NCBI GenBank assembly: GCA_021739695.1
Contig: JAIPBM010000008.1
Coordinates: forward strand, 37,013-101,012
Length of the DNA stretch: 64,000 nucleotides
Reading direction: 5' to 3'
DNA from: Flavobacteriales bacterium
Lineage (GTDB): Bacteria; Bacteroidota; Bacteroidia; UBA10329
Shown here piece after piece: positions 28,550-39,129 of this stretch (the first letter of the stretch is position 1; every line of letters begins with the position of its first letter). The notes beneath the pieces are model-generated. The model ran no database searches and was not told the origin of the DNA. It saw nothing but the letters and a program-made list of their open reading frames with translations. Both the position numbers and the translations under genes were made by a program.

Positions 28550-29164
28550 CTATTTCTTAGATGGAATATTCCACTTAATGGAAGTACCATTGAATTCGAG
28601 TTGCTCCCATATTTTCTGCTCGTTCTTCTTCCAATGGCTTTTATGTACACCGAGCATCACTGCATCAAAAATCAGAAGAAAACCACCCTGCAAAATGAGC
28701 GAATATCCCATTCCCTTAAAGGAATCGCGTACTTGATTGTTAGCATATCGATTGCCAAACTCCTGAAGGAAAACACCCGAACCAACATATAACACATCGG
28801 CAGCCATGTTTATAGCGTACAGCGTTTCTTGTTGTCGTTGGAGTTTAAACGTACCGGGAATGTCGTATTCCTTGCCTATTCGCTTGCGGGCACTGAAGTA
28901 CGCTGGCAGCGCAATTCCCAAATTCACCACATTCCATGAAGCATTCATCAAATGAAAACTGAACATCATAGAACCTTTTTCGGTGGTCAAAGCGCCAGCG
29001 GTTCCTGCAATGATGTTCCCAACTCCCCAACTTCCCAAAGCGATCATTCCGTTGCGCGAATGCGTGTTAAGCTCTCGATTGTACTGATGGAACACTAGCA
29101 TTTCCTGGGCATTGGAACCGACTGCCAACAGCAAACAAAAGCCTACAATAGATAAATGTTTCAT
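28550..29164 (-). CDS. Hypothetical exported/membrane protein (DUF6992-like)
   Basis: Signal peptide; GM..LG.W...N; FH.MN..WN.VN..IA; N..LDV.Y..G; G.S..LQG.FL..FD. Confidence 0.65.
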   Translation of the reverse strand: MKHLSIVGFCLLLAVGSNAQEMLVFHQYNRELNTHSRNGMIALGSWGVGNIIAGTAGALTTEKGSMMFSFHLMNASWNVVNLGIALPAYFSARKRIGKEYDIPGTFKLQRQQETLYAINMAADVLYVGSGVFLQEFGNRYANNQVRDSFKGMGYSLILQGGFLLIFDAVMLGVHKSHWKKNEQKIWEQLEFNGTSIKWNIPSKK

Positions 29165-29251
29165 AGTCGTTCAAAATTAAGCTTGGTTCGCACTTGTTGA
29201 TAATGATAGAAGTTATCTTCGAAAATCAACAACTCACCAAACCACTAAATC

Positions 29252-29629
29252 ATGAAAACGAATACACTTTCCTTTTGTTTGGCAACCATTGCAATCATTA
29301 TGTTTTCTAACCCAAAACAAGCAACTGCTCAAGCTAATTGTGATTATCCTACTAGATTTTGTTGCGATTTTTACATTGATCTTCCTGCTGGCTTCACTGG
29401 CGAAAAAACACAAAGCATATATCCTAAGAAGAAAGCTACAATAACGGCCGAAAAGTGTGAAGGTCCGTTTAAGGTTGTGATTACAAACCAAGACGGAAGC
29501 ACCGAGGCAGTTAAAATTTACGAAAGATCTACCGCAACTTCCGACACAATGTACATAGAACAACCTGAGCCGCCATACGATTTACAGATGTTTGTGCAAA
29601 TGGTTTACGGTGCTACGGAAATTAAGTAG
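29252..29629 (+). CDS. Hypothetical small secreted protein
   Basis: Signal peptide ..ATAQ, Cys-containing N-terminus (CDYPTRFCCD), A-rich leader. Confidence 0.65.
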   Translation: MKTNTLSFCLATIAIIMFSNPKQATAQANCDYPTRFCCDFYIDLPAGFTGEKTQSIYPKKKATITAEKCEGPFKVVITNQDGSTEAVKIYERSTATSDTMYIEQPEPPYDLQMFVQMVYGATEIK

Positions 29630-29705
29630 CATCGCTTTAGACAGGTAATTTAATCGCCATTTTTCGCGTTGATGCGTCTTACCTGAACCGTTAACTTCGC
29701 GCCCA

Positions 29706-30437
29706 ATGTGGGCACTGCTTAAAAAAGAGATCAACAGTTTTCTGAATTCACTCATCGGATACATCGTTATCTGTGTGTTCCTATTATTTGTGGGGCTTTT
29801 TATGTGGGTACTTCCTACCGAAGCCAACGTGATTGATAACGGCTATGCCGATCTGAACACGCTTTTCACAGTAGCACCTTGGGTATTCCTCTTCCTCATT
29901 CCGGCCATTACCATGCGCAGTTTTGCGGATGAAAAAAGCAGCGGAACAATTGAATTGCTTCATACGCGACCGTTGAGTGATCTAAGCATCATTCTCGCCA
30001 AATATTTTGGTGGACTCGTGTTAGTGATGTTTGCACTGCTACCGACTTTGGTTTATTTCCTTTCTGTTTATCAACTCGGAAACCCGGCAGGAAACATTGA
30101 TACGGGCAGCGTTTGGGGTTCATACATCGGACTATTGCTGTTGGGAGCAACTTTCGTGAGCATAGGGATTTTCAGTTCCACCATCACCAATAATCAAATT
30201 GTGAGCTTCATTTTGGCCGTATTCCTTAGTTGGAGTCTTTGGATCGGCCTCGAAACAATCGCTTCCTTCCAGTTTCTTGGAACTTGGGATCACATCCTTT
30301 TAGGCATCGGCATCAATAGCCATTACAGCAGTTTGAGCCGAGGCGTAATTGACACACGTGATGTTGTTTATCTGGTGAGTCTCATCGCCATTTTCATTGC
30401 ACTTACACGAACCGTTTTAGAAAGTAGAAAATGGTGA
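29706..30437 (+). CDS. gldF: Gliding motility ABC transporter permease GldF
   Basis: KKEINSF.NS.IGY, APWVFLFLIPAITMRSFADEK.SGTIELL.T.P, SRGVIDTRD. Confidence 0.95.
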   Translation: MWALLKKEINSFLNSLIGYIVICVFLLFVGLFMWVLPTEANVIDNGYADLNTLFTVAPWVFLFLIPAITMRSFADEKSSGTIELLHTRPLSDLSIILAKYFGGLVLVMFALLPTLVYFLSVYQLGNPAGNIDTGSVWGSYIGLLLLGATFVSIGIFSSTITNNQIVSFILAVFLSWSLWIGLETIASFQFLGTWDHILLGIGINSHYSSLSRGVIDTRDVVYLVSLIAIFIALTRTVLESRKW

Positions 30438-32152
30438 AAAAGGCAATGTTCCGCGATATGGTACAGCTGATGACGGTGGTCGGAATCGTCATTATTCTTA
30501 ATGTTCTTAGTGGCTTCTTCTTCACACGATTCGACCTCACTTCTGAGAAACGATACACGCTTTCAGAGACATCAAAAGACCTGCTCGAAAACCTAGATGA
30601 TGTCATCTATTTGAAGGTGTATTTGGACGGTGAACTTCCGGCAGGCTTCCGAAGATTACGCGACAGAACGCGCGAAATGCTGGATGAATTCCGTGCTTAT
30701 TCGAACAACAATATTGAGTACGAATTCATCAATCCAAGCAATCAGCCAGACGAAACAAGCAGAAACGATCTTTATCGTCAATTGGCCAACCAAGGATTGA
30801 TGCCTACCAATATCCAGATCAAAACGGAAGATGGAGCGGAGCAAAAACTGATCTTTCCTGGTGCCATCATGACCTATCGTGGCGAAGAAACAGCTTTGCA
30901 ATTGCTGAAGAGTCAAATGGGAGCTGCGCCTGAAGAGATGCTGAATAGCTCTACCGAAGATCTTGAATACGAGATTACGAACGCCATCCGCAAGCTGACG
31001 ACAGTTCGTGCAGAAGTTGTGGCTTTTATCGAAGGTCATGGAGAATTGACCGATCGGCAGGTTATTGACATGAGTAAATCTCTGTCTGAATACTACCGAT
31101 TGGAAAGGGTAACGATCAATGGTAAACTGAACAGCCTGGTTTCGCGTGCCGAAGGCGATAGCGGATCGGTGATCATTCCAAAGTTCAAGGCGATCATCAT
31201 TGCAAAACCTGATTCTGCTTTTTCGGAAGAAGACAAATTCATGATCGATCAGTACATCATGTACGGTGGTCGTGTACTATGGCTTTTAGATCCTGTTTTC
31301 TGCGACATGGACAGCTTACGCTATTCACCTTCTACATTGGCTATTCCAACTTCAGAGAATCTTGAAGATATGCTGTTCAAGTATGGAGTGCGTGTGAATA
31401 CCGACCTTCTTCAAGATGCGCGCTGTGCATCTATTCCTGGACCTGCAGGATACGTTGGCAATCAGTTGCAATGGGCGCTACAACCATGGATCTTCTTCCC
31501 TATCGTCATTCCTAAAACGGAACACCCGATTGTAAGGAATCTGAATGGCATTAAACTCGAATTCGCTTCCAGCTTGGATACGGTCGGAAATTCCAAGATC
31601 AAGAAAACGGTCCTGCTTTCAACCTCAGAAGCCACGCGCGCACTACGAACACCAACTCAAGTGAGTTTGGACGTGATGGTGGAAGAGCCAAAACCAGAGC
31701 AGTTCAACAAGAAAAATGTGCCAGTTGCTGTTCTGCTTGAAGGCAAGTTTGAAAGTGTTTTCAAGAACCGCCTCACCACCATGATCAAGGAAAGTAAGGA
31801 CATACAGTTCCGAGAAGATGGACGAGCATCTAAAATGATCGTGGTTTCTGATGGCGATATCATCCGAAATCATATCAACCCAGACGGAACGTATCTGCCT
31901 TGCGGATTTGACAAATACACCAGTCAGCAATTTGGCAACAAGACCTTTTTGCTGAACGCTATAAACTACTTGTGTGATGATATGAGTTTGACATCCATTC
32001 GCTCACGAGCGTTGGAAATTCGTCTGCTTGATAGGAAAAAGGCCGAAGCTGAACGCACAAAATGGCAACTGCTGAATGTTGCTCTTCCGATATTGCTCGT
32101 AATCCTTTTCGGATTCATCAACGCTTACCTCCGCAAAAAAAGATACGCCTGA
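30431..32152 (+). CDS. gldG: Gliding motility ABC transporter substrate-binding protein GldG
   Basis: RFDLTSEKRYTLS, VYLDGELP.GF.RL, DQYIM.GG..LW, MIVVSDGD, N..FLLN..NYL. Confidence 0.95.
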   Translation: MVKKAMFRDMVQLMTVVGIVIILNVLSGFFFTRFDLTSEKRYTLSETSKDLLENLDDVIYLKVYLDGELPAGFRRLRDRTREMLDEFRAYSNNNIEYEFINPSNQPDETSRNDLYRQLANQGLMPTNIQIKTEDGAEQKLIFPGAIMTYRGEETALQLLKSQMGAAPEEMLNSSTEDLEYEITNAIRKLTTVRAEVVAFIEGHGELTDRQVIDMSKSLSEYYRLERVTINGKLNSLVSRAEGDSGSVIIPKFKAIIIAKPDSAFSEEDKFMIDQYIMYGGRVLWLLDPVFCDMDSLRYSPSTLAIPTSENLEDMLFKYGVRVNTDLLQDARCASIPGPAGYVGNQLQWALQPWIFFPIVIPKTEHPIVRNLNGIKLEFASSLDTVGNSKIKKTVLLSTSEATRALRTPTQVSLDVMVEEPKPEQFNKKNVPVAVLLEGKFESVFKNRLTTMIKESKDIQFREDGRASKMIVVSDGDIIRNHINPDGTYLPCGFDKYTSQQFGNKTFLLNAINYLCDDMSLTSIRSRALEIRLLDRKKAEAERTKWQLLNVALPILLVILFGFINAYLRKKRYA

Positions 32153-32154
32153 CC

Positions 32155-33186
32155 ATGAAGAAAAACCTGATAGGACTGCTTATTCTTTTAGCGCTTGGCG
32201 CTATTGCAATGTACGTTTACCAGCAACGCGGCTCAGGAACCATCAAACCGGATCTGTATGATTTCGCGGAGAAGGATACGGCTGAGATCACCAAAATTTT
32301 CTTGGCAGATAAAATGGGTCAGACTGTTCTCCTAGAACGCGTTGGCCCGAAGGAATGGACCGTGAACACGAACCACAAAGCACGAAAAGATGCGATTGAT
32401 GTTCTGCTAAAAACCATTAATCGGGTAGAAATGAAGGCTCCGGTTGCCAATTCTGCTCACGACAATATTGTGAAACTGCTGGCAGGAAAGTCTACCAAAG
32501 TAGAAATCTACAAGGGAGATGATAAGGTGAAAACCTATTACGTTGGCGATGCTACGAAAGACAATCAGGGCACGTACATGCTGCTTGAAGGTTCGCGAAC
32601 TCCATTCATCTGTCACATTCCAGGATTCATTGGATATTTAACTGGCCGGTACATGGTACGCCCGTTGGAATGGCGCGACAGTGAAATTTTCAATTATTCG
32701 CTTCCCGAGATTTCAGAAATAAAGGTGGAATTCCATCAAGAACCAGAGCGATCATTCAAGATCACACACTCAAAAGATCGAGTGGTTCAACTCTACAGGC
32801 TTTTCCCTAAAGAAGAATTGGTGGAGAAAATGGATACGGTCTTTGTAAAACGCTACATGCTCAATTATCGAAACGTGCGTTTTGAAGGCATCCAACCTTA
32901 TGATGCAGCTAGAGTGGACAGCATTGTCAATTCTCCCGCATATTTCACCATTTCAGTAACCGATCCTTCAGGAGAAACGGAGACGGTTACTGCTTACAGA
33001 CTTCCTGCAAATCCAGGTGATGTAGACACAGACGGGGTTCAATTAGAATGGGATGGTGATAGGATGCATGGCGTCATCAACGGAAATGAAGACGAAATTG
33101 CGTTGATTCAATACTTTACTTTTGATCGATTGACTGTTCCAATCCAATCATTACAGGTCGACCCTACGCTTAGAAGAGACAACTAA
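32155..33186 (+). CDS. DUF4340-like exported protein
   Basis: N-terminal TM, FA..DTA.I.KI.LAD, YYVG..T.D..GTYM, HIPGF.GYL..RY..WRD; between gldG and dnaN. Confidence 0.75.
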   Translation: MKKNLIGLLILLALGAIAMYVYQQRGSGTIKPDLYDFAEKDTAEITKIFLADKMGQTVLLERVGPKEWTVNTNHKARKDAIDVLLKTINRVEMKAPVANSAHDNIVKLLAGKSTKVEIYKGDDKVKTYYVGDATKDNQGTYMLLEGSRTPFICHIPGFIGYLTGRYMVRPLEWRDSEIFNYSLPEISEIKVEFHQEPERSFKITHSKDRVVQLYRLFPKEELVEKMDTVFVKRYMLNYRNVRFEGIQPYDAARVDSIVNSPAYFTISVTDPSGETETVTAYRLPANPGDVDTDGVQLEWDGDRMHGVINGNEDEIALIQYFTFDRLTVPIQSLQVDPTLRRDN

Positions 33187-33229
33187 TTCAGATTTATCAA
33201 CAGTATCGGGCGTAAGAACCGCATTCGTC

Positions 33230-33237
33230 TATATTTG
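33230..33237 (+). promoter_or_regulatory. -7 promoter element (TATATTTG) for dnaN
   Basis: Exact TAnnTTTG match 23 nt before the ATG. Confidence 0.55.
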
Positions 33238-33260
33238 TACCCCATTCGAAAAAAGCACAG

Positions 33261-34382
33261 ATGAAATTCATTGTTTCCAGTCAGTTATTGCTAAAGAATT
33301 TGCAGGCCATCAGTGGTGTTGTAAGCACAAATAATACGCTTCCAATACTCGATAATTTCCTGTTCGACATTGGCGAAAACCAACTGACAGTTTCAGGTTC
33401 TGACCTTGAAACCACCATGACCACTTCGTTTGAAGTGACTTCGAAGGAAAAAGGCCAAGTGGCCATTCCTGCCCGTATCCTACTCGATCTTCTAAAGAGC
33501 TTTCCTGACACTCCGATAACGTTTTCTATCAACAAGGAAACACACGCTGTGCGCTTTACTTCAGAATATGGAGAATACAACGTGGCCGGATTGAACGGAG
33601 AAGAGTTTCCGAAATCTCCTGAATTAGAAGTTGCCGCCTCTGTAACGGTTGCTTCAGACCTACTTGCACGCGCCATTGGCAAAACCATTTTTGCTGCAGG
33701 AAATGATGAACTCAGACCAGTGATGTCGGGCGTTTATTTCGAATTGGCTTCGGACAACGTTACGTTTGTTTCTACCGATGCTCACAAATTGGTAAAATAT
33801 ACGCGTACAGATGCAAAAGCAGATGCAGGCGCAAGCTTCATCATGCCTAAAAAACCTCTTAATCTGTTGAAGAATGTTCTTGCAACGGAAGAAGCGGAAG
33901 TGACAATTGAATACAACGATACGAATGCTAAATTCTCTTTCGGAGAGGTTACACTTGTTTGCCGACTCATTGATGGTCGCTATCCGAACTATGAAGCAGT
34001 GATTCCGAAAGAAAATCCAAACGTATTAACCGTTAACAGAAGTCAATTTCTGAACTCTGTAAAGCGTGTTTCATACTTCTCGAACAAAACCACGCACCAA
34101 GTACGATTGAAAATTGCTGGTAGCGAGTTGCATGTTTCTGCAGAAGACCCAGACTTCTCGAATAACGCAGACGAAAGACTTACTTGTAGCTACAAGGGCG
34201 ATGACATGTCTATCGGATTCAACTCACGTTTCTTGATGGAGATGCTGAATAACGTGGAAACCGAAGATGTGATCCTAGAAATGTCTGAGCCAAACCGAGC
34301 TGGAATTCTTCATCCTGGAGAAACAGTGGTAGAAGGCGAGCAACTGCTCATGTTGGTTATGCCAGTTATGCTGAATAACTGA
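33261..34382 (+). CDS. dnaN: DNA polymerase III beta sliding clamp
   Basis: MKFIVSS..LLK, TLPILDNFLF, RPVMSGVY, TDAHKL, RLIDGRYPNYEAVIP, IGFNSRFL, LVMPVML. Confidence 0.98.
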   Translation: MKFIVSSQLLLKNLQAISGVVSTNNTLPILDNFLFDIGENQLTVSGSDLETTMTTSFEVTSKEKGQVAIPARILLDLLKSFPDTPITFSINKETHAVRFTSEYGEYNVAGLNGEEFPKSPELEVAASVTVASDLLARAIGKTIFAAGNDELRPVMSGVYFELASDNVTFVSTDAHKLVKYTRTDAKADAGASFIMPKKPLNLLKNVLATEEAEVTIEYNDTNAKFSFGEVTLVCRLIDGRYPNYEAVIPKENPNVLTVNRSQFLNSVKRVSYFSNKTTHQVRLKIAGSELHVSAEDPDFSNNADERLTCSYKGDDMSIGFNSRFLMEMLNNVETEDVILEMSEPNRAGILHPGETVVEGEQLLMLVMPVMLNN

Positions 34383-34407
34383 TCAGTGTAAACTTTTCGA
34401 TACGATG

Positions 34408-34433
34408 AAAAGCGAGCTTCGGCTCGCTTTTTT
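34408..34433. terminator. Bidirectional intrinsic terminator (cUUCGg loop)
   Basis: AAAAGCGAGC-TTCG-GCTCGCTTTTTT between convergent genes. Confidence 0.85.
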
Positions 34434-34881
34434 ATTGCACCAAACCGATGCGCTTATTGAAATGATGGAATTCTTCTATCAGCGCTCCGAACAGCATCCA
34501 CAGTGGCAAATAATCAAACCGAATGTAACCTCCGAAATGCCAACCAGTCTGATACTCCCACGGACAGCGACCAGTAAATTGCTCTAGTAAAAATCCTGTT
34601 ATCAATTCAACCAGGAGAATCCCAGCGCCATAGATGATGTAGCGCAGCATTCGATTCCACTTTTTCAAAACGCTAAAAGCAAGTGGAAACAGTATGGCCG
34701 CCAAGCCATAGATCGGGAACATCCAAATGTAGCTTTGGCCCTTGAGCGATAGGTCGTCAAAGTTTCCGCTGTTGATCAGGTCGCTGATGGCTGTGAAGAA
34801 AACCTCTGTTGTAATTCCCAATCCACCATACAGTGCAAACGAAATGAAGCGTTCACTTATCCCGACTTTGTGTGTTTTCAT
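34432..34881 (-). CDS. Putative ABC-transporter-type IV / TMEM229-like membrane protein
   Basis: RF..YG..G...EV.FTA, G.SY.WMFPIYG, E...G..L...G.CPW.Y, G.IR.DY.P.W. Confidence 0.7.
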   Translation of the reverse strand: MKTHKVGISERFISFALYGGLGITTEVFFTAISDLINSGNFDDLSLKGQSYIWMFPIYGLAAILFPLAFSVLKKWNRMLRYIIYGAGILLVELITGFLLEQFTGRCPWEYQTGWHFGGYIRFDYLPLWMLFGALIEEFHHFNKRIGLVQ

Positions 34882-35602
34882 TCTTCTTGTAAACGTAATT
34901 GATATTTATTGTAGCTGCATTTTGCTGTTCGCGCAGCCTTTGCTCGTCTTGAAGCTGCCGTTCAGCCTGTTCGCGTCTTTCTCGTTCTGCATCAGGAAAC
35001 CATGCTGGTACTTCTTCTTCAACTACATAATCCCAAGAATATTTTGGCCGTTGCGGACCTTGCTTCCGATAAACGAAGGCAACTACGATTCCGGCAAGAA
35101 GGCCGAAAAAATGACCTTCGTAAGAAACATGAACATCAATTGGAAGTACACCCCAAACCAGACTTCCGTACATAAAAACCACCAAGAGCGACAAAGCCAT
35201 CAGTTTGAGATGCTTTCGGAGTAATCCGCTCACGAATAGAAAGCCAAAAAGTGCATACACAATTCCGCTGGCACCAATGTGAAAATTGGCCCTCCCTCCT
35301 ATCCAAAGCCAAACACCGCTAAGCAAATAGACCCAAAGCAATGTCTTTGATGCTACTTCACGATAGAAGTAGAACAACATGCTTCCAAGAATGAATAAGG
35401 CAGTTGAATTATTGAACAGATGCTTCCAATCTGCATGAATGAACGGATAGGAAAGGATTCCTAAAAGACCAGAAACCTGGCGAGGCAAAACTCCATACTG
35501 AACCAGATTAACGTCAAAAGCAATCTCTCCTAGCTTCACGAGAACGAGAATGATCACTAATGTTCCAGGAATAATGGTGCTAGAAAACAGTTCCTTTTTC
35601 AC
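34853..35602 (-). CDS. Rhomboid family intramembrane serine protease
   Basis: PFIHADW.HLFNN, HIGASGIVY, SYEGHFFG. Start is either GTG 35602 or TTG 35626, which falls inside the upstream hairpin. Confidence 0.88.
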   Translation of the reverse strand: MKKELFSSTIIPGTLVIILVLVKLGEIAFDVNLVQYGVLPRQVSGLLGILSYPFIHADWKHLFNNSTALFILGSMLFYFYREVASKTLLWVYLLSGVWLWIGGRANFHIGASGIVYALFGFLFVSGLLRKHLKLMALSLLVVFMYGSLVWGVLPIDVHVSYEGHFFGLLAGIVVAFVYRKQGPQRPKYSWDYVVEEEVPAWFPDAERERREQAERQLQDEQRLREQQNAATININYVYKKNENTQSRDK

Positions 35603-35612
35603 CTGATAAAAG

Positions 35613-35643
35613 TAAGGCCTCTCCAATTACTGAAGAGGCCTTA
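35613..35643 (-). terminator. Hairpin after the collagen/T9SS operon
   Basis: TAAGGCCTCT..AGAGGCCTTA. Confidence 0.55.
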
Positions 35644-35680
35644 AATAGAGGTTGGATAATACTTGTAATCCGAGCTATGG

Positions 35681-37834
35681 CTAGCTTTTGATGTAGCGCA
35701 CAGTGGTCATACTTCCTGCAGCTTGAATTCGAATAAAATAGACACCGTTAGCAAACTGGCTAATGTCCATTCGTTGGGTAAAGTCGTTCGTGCCATTGAT
35801 AACTACGGCAGGCAAAAGAGCTTGTCCAAGCATGTTCGTCAATTCAATTGAAACGTTTTCAGAACTTGGCAATTGTCCGCGGATCGTGAATTCTCCTTTT
35901 CCTGGATTAGGATAGACATCAAGCACATCAAATATGCTGTACTCTTCTACCCCAACATTGAAGGTGAACTCATAAATGTAAGTTTCTGTAGGGCAACCAT
36001 TAGGTCCAATGTACTCCACATGATAGTTTCCACTCTGGATTGCATCGAACGTAAGACCTGTTGCTCCTGGAATCGGGTCTCCATTGATGAACCATTGGTA
36101 TCCAGATCCAGGTGGATCTACTGTGAGATTATTATTTCCATTATCAACGATTATGGCTTCATCCATCGGTGTCACATCAACTGTAATCGTATTCGAAATG
36201 CCTTCGCATCCGTACTGGTTCGTAACTGTTACAAAGTAATCGCCAGATTCAGTAACAACCGTTGAAGCATTTGTTCCGTTAGTAATTTCCCAATCATATG
36301 CACCTTGATTGAGCGCTGTAGAAAGCGTCACTGTTTCTCCTTCGCAAAATAACAATGGACCATTAGCAGTAATAACAGGAGCGGGAACTGGCTGAACCGT
36401 TACGTTAGCAATCGTTGATGTTCCCTCACATCCGTCAGCGTCCGTTACAGTAACCGAATACTGACCGCTGGCACTTACCGTAATTGATTCGGTTTGATCT
36501 GCTGTATTCCATTCGTAGCTCGCAAAACCAGGCGTTGCTGTCAAATCTAAGGTTTGCCCAGCGCAAAGTTCCAAAGCACCATTATTGCTCGAAGTAATTG
36601 TAACAGAAGGTCCGGCACCTACTTCAATGTCAATTGAAGCAATATTGGTACAGCCCAAGTTGTTTGTGTAGGTGTAAGATATAGTGTGCATTCCGCCACC
36701 AACAGCGCTCGGATTGAATACTCCGTTGCTTACTCCAGCACCTGCGAACGAACCTCCAGCAGGAGATGCCGAAAGGGTTACTGGTGTGCTTGATTCGCAA
36801 AGTGGTGCTACTGCTGTAATGCTAACATCTGGAAGCGTATTTGCAAGCGCGAACGCAGGTTGATTGAAGTCTGTCCAGCCTGAGTTGGTAACAGTATTAT
36901 ATCCGCCTACTGTTCCTATAGCTTCATTGGTCATATCTTCCCACTGAGGTGTTCCTTGCCAGTGAGATCCTGAAGACCAATCGCCATCATTTGCAGAGAC
37001 ATAGTATTGTGTGATATCAGCAGCGTCAGAACCAGCCGTATGATCGATAAGATTATAGAACTGATCGTTCACGATACATAATTCTGAACCGATCTGATTA
37101 ACGTCAAAACCTTCAGAAGTAGCATTCACATTGGCCATTCTTAGGGCAAACGTATTTGCTGAACTAGCGTTAGGAGTAATTGCCACAGGTCGAATTCTTG
37201 CTGTTCCAACACTGCTTCCTACAGGAAAAACGTAGGTATCAGTACTATTCATATCCCATGAGAACCGACCGTTTCCAAGACTACTTACAAAACCACCATT
37301 TTCAGTTACGGCAGATGAAGCAGTATTCAAAACCCGAAGTGTGTTAACATCGGTAGCTAACTGCAAATTTCCAAGAGCTAAAACGCCTGCAACTTCAGCA
37401 TCAAGACCCAAAGTTTTAATGCCAGAACCAAGTAAGTTCAAATTGTAAAAGGTAGAAACTGCTGTTCCCGTAACGATCTGATTTGCTCCGGTCAGATTCA
37501 CAATGCTCTGGTCAGATGTGAAAACTGAATTATTCTCCCAATTTCCTTCCACATTGAAAATACCAGTGTTTCCACCACCACCGGTCAGAAGATCGCCATT
37601 TGTCAAGTCACCTTCAATCGTGATACGCCCAGCATTTTCAATCGAACCTAGATCATTGTTAAGATCACCTGTTTTAATAGAAACGATACATCCTGAACTT
37701 ACCGTCACCTCAGCTCCATTGTTCTGAACAATAAACTGAGCGAAAACATTGGACGACCCAAACAAACCTATTGCAGTAAACATCGCAAGAAACACTCGAA
37801 AATTTGCCATTGTTTTGTATTCAAATTTCTTCAT
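35681..37834 (-). CDS. T9SS type A CTD protein with N-terminal beta-helix-like region and Ig-like repeats
   Basis: Signal ..VFAQ; NNGAEVTV..STFYNL..YVFPVG; SG.Y.VTVT repeats; VYPNPGKG..GVYFIRI CTD. Start may be 37810. Confidence 0.85.
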   Translation of the reverse strand: MKKFEYKTMANFRVFLAMFTAIGLFGSSNVFAQFIVQNNGAEVTVSSGCIVSIKTGDLNNDLGSIENAGRITIEGDLTNGDLLTGGGGNTGIFNVEGNWENNSVFTSDQSIVNLTGANQIVTGTAVSTFYNLNLLGSGIKTLGLDAEVAGVLALGNLQLATDVNTLRVLNTASSAVTENGGFVSSLGNGRFSWDMNSTDTYVFPVGSSVGTARIRPVAITPNASSANTFALRMANVNATSEGFDVNQIGSELCIVNDQFYNLIDHTAGSDAADITQYYVSANDGDWSSGSHWQGTPQWEDMTNEAIGTVGGYNTVTNSGWTDFNQPAFALANTLPDVSITAVAPLCESSTPVTLSASPAGGSFAGAGVSNGVFNPSAVGGGMHTISYTYTNNLGCTNIASIDIEVGAGPSVTITSSNNGALELCAGQTLDLTATPGFASYEWNTADQTESITVSASGQYSVTVTDADGCEGTSTIANVTVQPVPAPVITANGPLLFCEGETVTLSTALNQGAYDWEITNGTNASTVVTESGDYFVTVTNQYGCEGISNTITVDVTPMDEAIIVDNGNNNLTVDPPGSGYQWFINGDPIPGATGLTFDAIQSGNYHVEYIGPNGCPTETYIYEFTFNVGVEEYSIFDVLDVYPNPGKGEFTIRGQLPSSENVSIELTNMLGQALLPAVVINGTNDFTQRMDISQFANGVYFIRIQAAGSMTTVRYIKS

Positions 37835-37872
37835 AATAGAGTCTTTAGATAAAGATTTCCTAAACAACCAAA

Positions 37873-39078
37873 TTAATTGTACACTTCCACAATAGTCGTG
37901 GTAAAACTACCATGTCTAAGCATCACGATCTTGTAGGTAGGGTAAGCGTTGGAATCTTCCTTAGAGAGGTAGAAAATAATACCTGGCCCGTAACTATCAG
38001 ATGTTAAAAACATATCCGTATTTATTGTGACCCAACTTCCTGAAGTGAAATTAATATCATCCGCACCTGAGTGTGGGGTTTGAGTGACCGAATTCCCATG
38101 CCATTCACCAATAAAGAACACGTCCCACCAACCATCATGGCCTGTGTTAAAGTTTAACTCAAGGTCGTCATCCGCTGAGTTCCATCTAAAACTCACGTTG
38201 GCGTCGCTATAGAAAGTTGTCGTAACAGCTTCAGAAAACGTTGTTTTAGTACCAGCTCCGCCTCCTGCAGGACCAGTGGGCCCTGTAGCTCCTGCAGGAC
38301 CAGTTGCCCCATCCTGACCATCAGTGCCATCGGCTCCGTCTTGGCCATCAACTCCGTCCTGTCCGTCTGCTCCGTCCAGTCCGTCCAATCCTGCAAGACC
38401 TTGAGGACCAGGCAACCCTTGAACGCCTTGAGGTCCTGCTGGTCCTTGGGGACCAATCAATCCATCTGCCCCAGCTGGTCCTTGTGGGCCTGTTGCCCCA
38501 TCCTGACCATCAACTCCATCTTGTCCGTCTGCTCCGTCCTGTCCATCCAATCCTGCTGGGCCTTGTGGTCCCTGTGGTCCTGCCGGGCCTGTTGCTCCAT
38601 CCTGTCCATCAGCACCATCTTGACCGTTTGCTCCGTCTTGTCCATCGGCTCCATTCTGCCCATCCAATCCCGCTGGCCCTTGTGGTCCTGCTGGGCCTGT
38701 GGCTCCATCCTGCCCATCGGCACCATCTTGACCGTTTGCTCCGTCTTGTCCATCGGCTCCATCTTGTCCGTCCAATCCTGATAGGCCTTGAGGGCCTGGA
38801 TTGCCCATTGGGCCAATGGCCTGAACCCATTGAGTTCCATCAAAGTACCAGAATTGGTTATCATCGGTGTCAAAAACCAATAAACCGGTTGCAGGAGAGA
38901 GGATGAGCGTCCGTTGCTGAGTCGACATCCTTGGAGTCAGGAAACCTTTATCTGATGACGTCAAGTCCAACACAGCACTGGCATCAGGAGATATGGTGCC
39001 AATCCCCATGTTGTCCTGTGCAATCAAAGAAGCACTCGAACCAAATAGAATACATACTACGTAAAGTATTTTTTTCAT
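37873..39078 (-). CDS. Secreted collagen-like fibre protein (61 Gly-X-Y triplets)
   Basis: Signal peptide; [22 protein letters not shown] domain; GXY at 38266-38814; about 125-aa beta-rich C-terminal head. Confidence 0.9.
   Translation of the reverse strand: MKKILYVVCILFGSSASLIAQDNMGIGTISPDASAVLDLTSSDKGFLTPRMSTQQRTLILSPATGLLVFDTDDNQFWYFDGTQWVQAIGPMGNPGPQGLSGLDGQDGADGQDGANGQDGADGQDGATGPAGPQGPAGLDGQNGADGQDGANGQDGADGQDGATGPAGPQGPQGPAGLDGQDGADGQDGVDGQDGATGPQGPAGADGLIGPQGPAGPQGVQGLPGPQGLAGLDGLDGADGQDGVDGQDGADGTDGQDGATGPAGATGPTGPAGGGAGTKTTFSEAVTTTFYSDANVSFRWNSADDDLELNFNTGHDGWWDVFFIGEWHGNSVTQTPHSGADDINFTSGSWVTINTDMFLTSDSYGPGIIFYLSKEDSNAYPTYKIVMLRHGSFTTTIVEVYN
38266..38814. repeat. Gly-X-Y coding tandem repeat
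   Basis: 9/18-nt units such as CCATCCTGTCCATCAGCA and GGGCCTTGTGGTCCTGCT. Confidence 0.9.
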
Positions 39079-39129
39079 TATCTTTTTTCAGATAAACGAC
39101 TTTATTTCAATCCACCAATCAATTGGCTG

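Noticed and set aside
29706-34382. gldF-gldG-DUF4340-dnaN order and absence of gldA
   Set aside because: gldFG next to dnaN with gldA elsewhere is an ordinary arrangement in Flavobacteriia.
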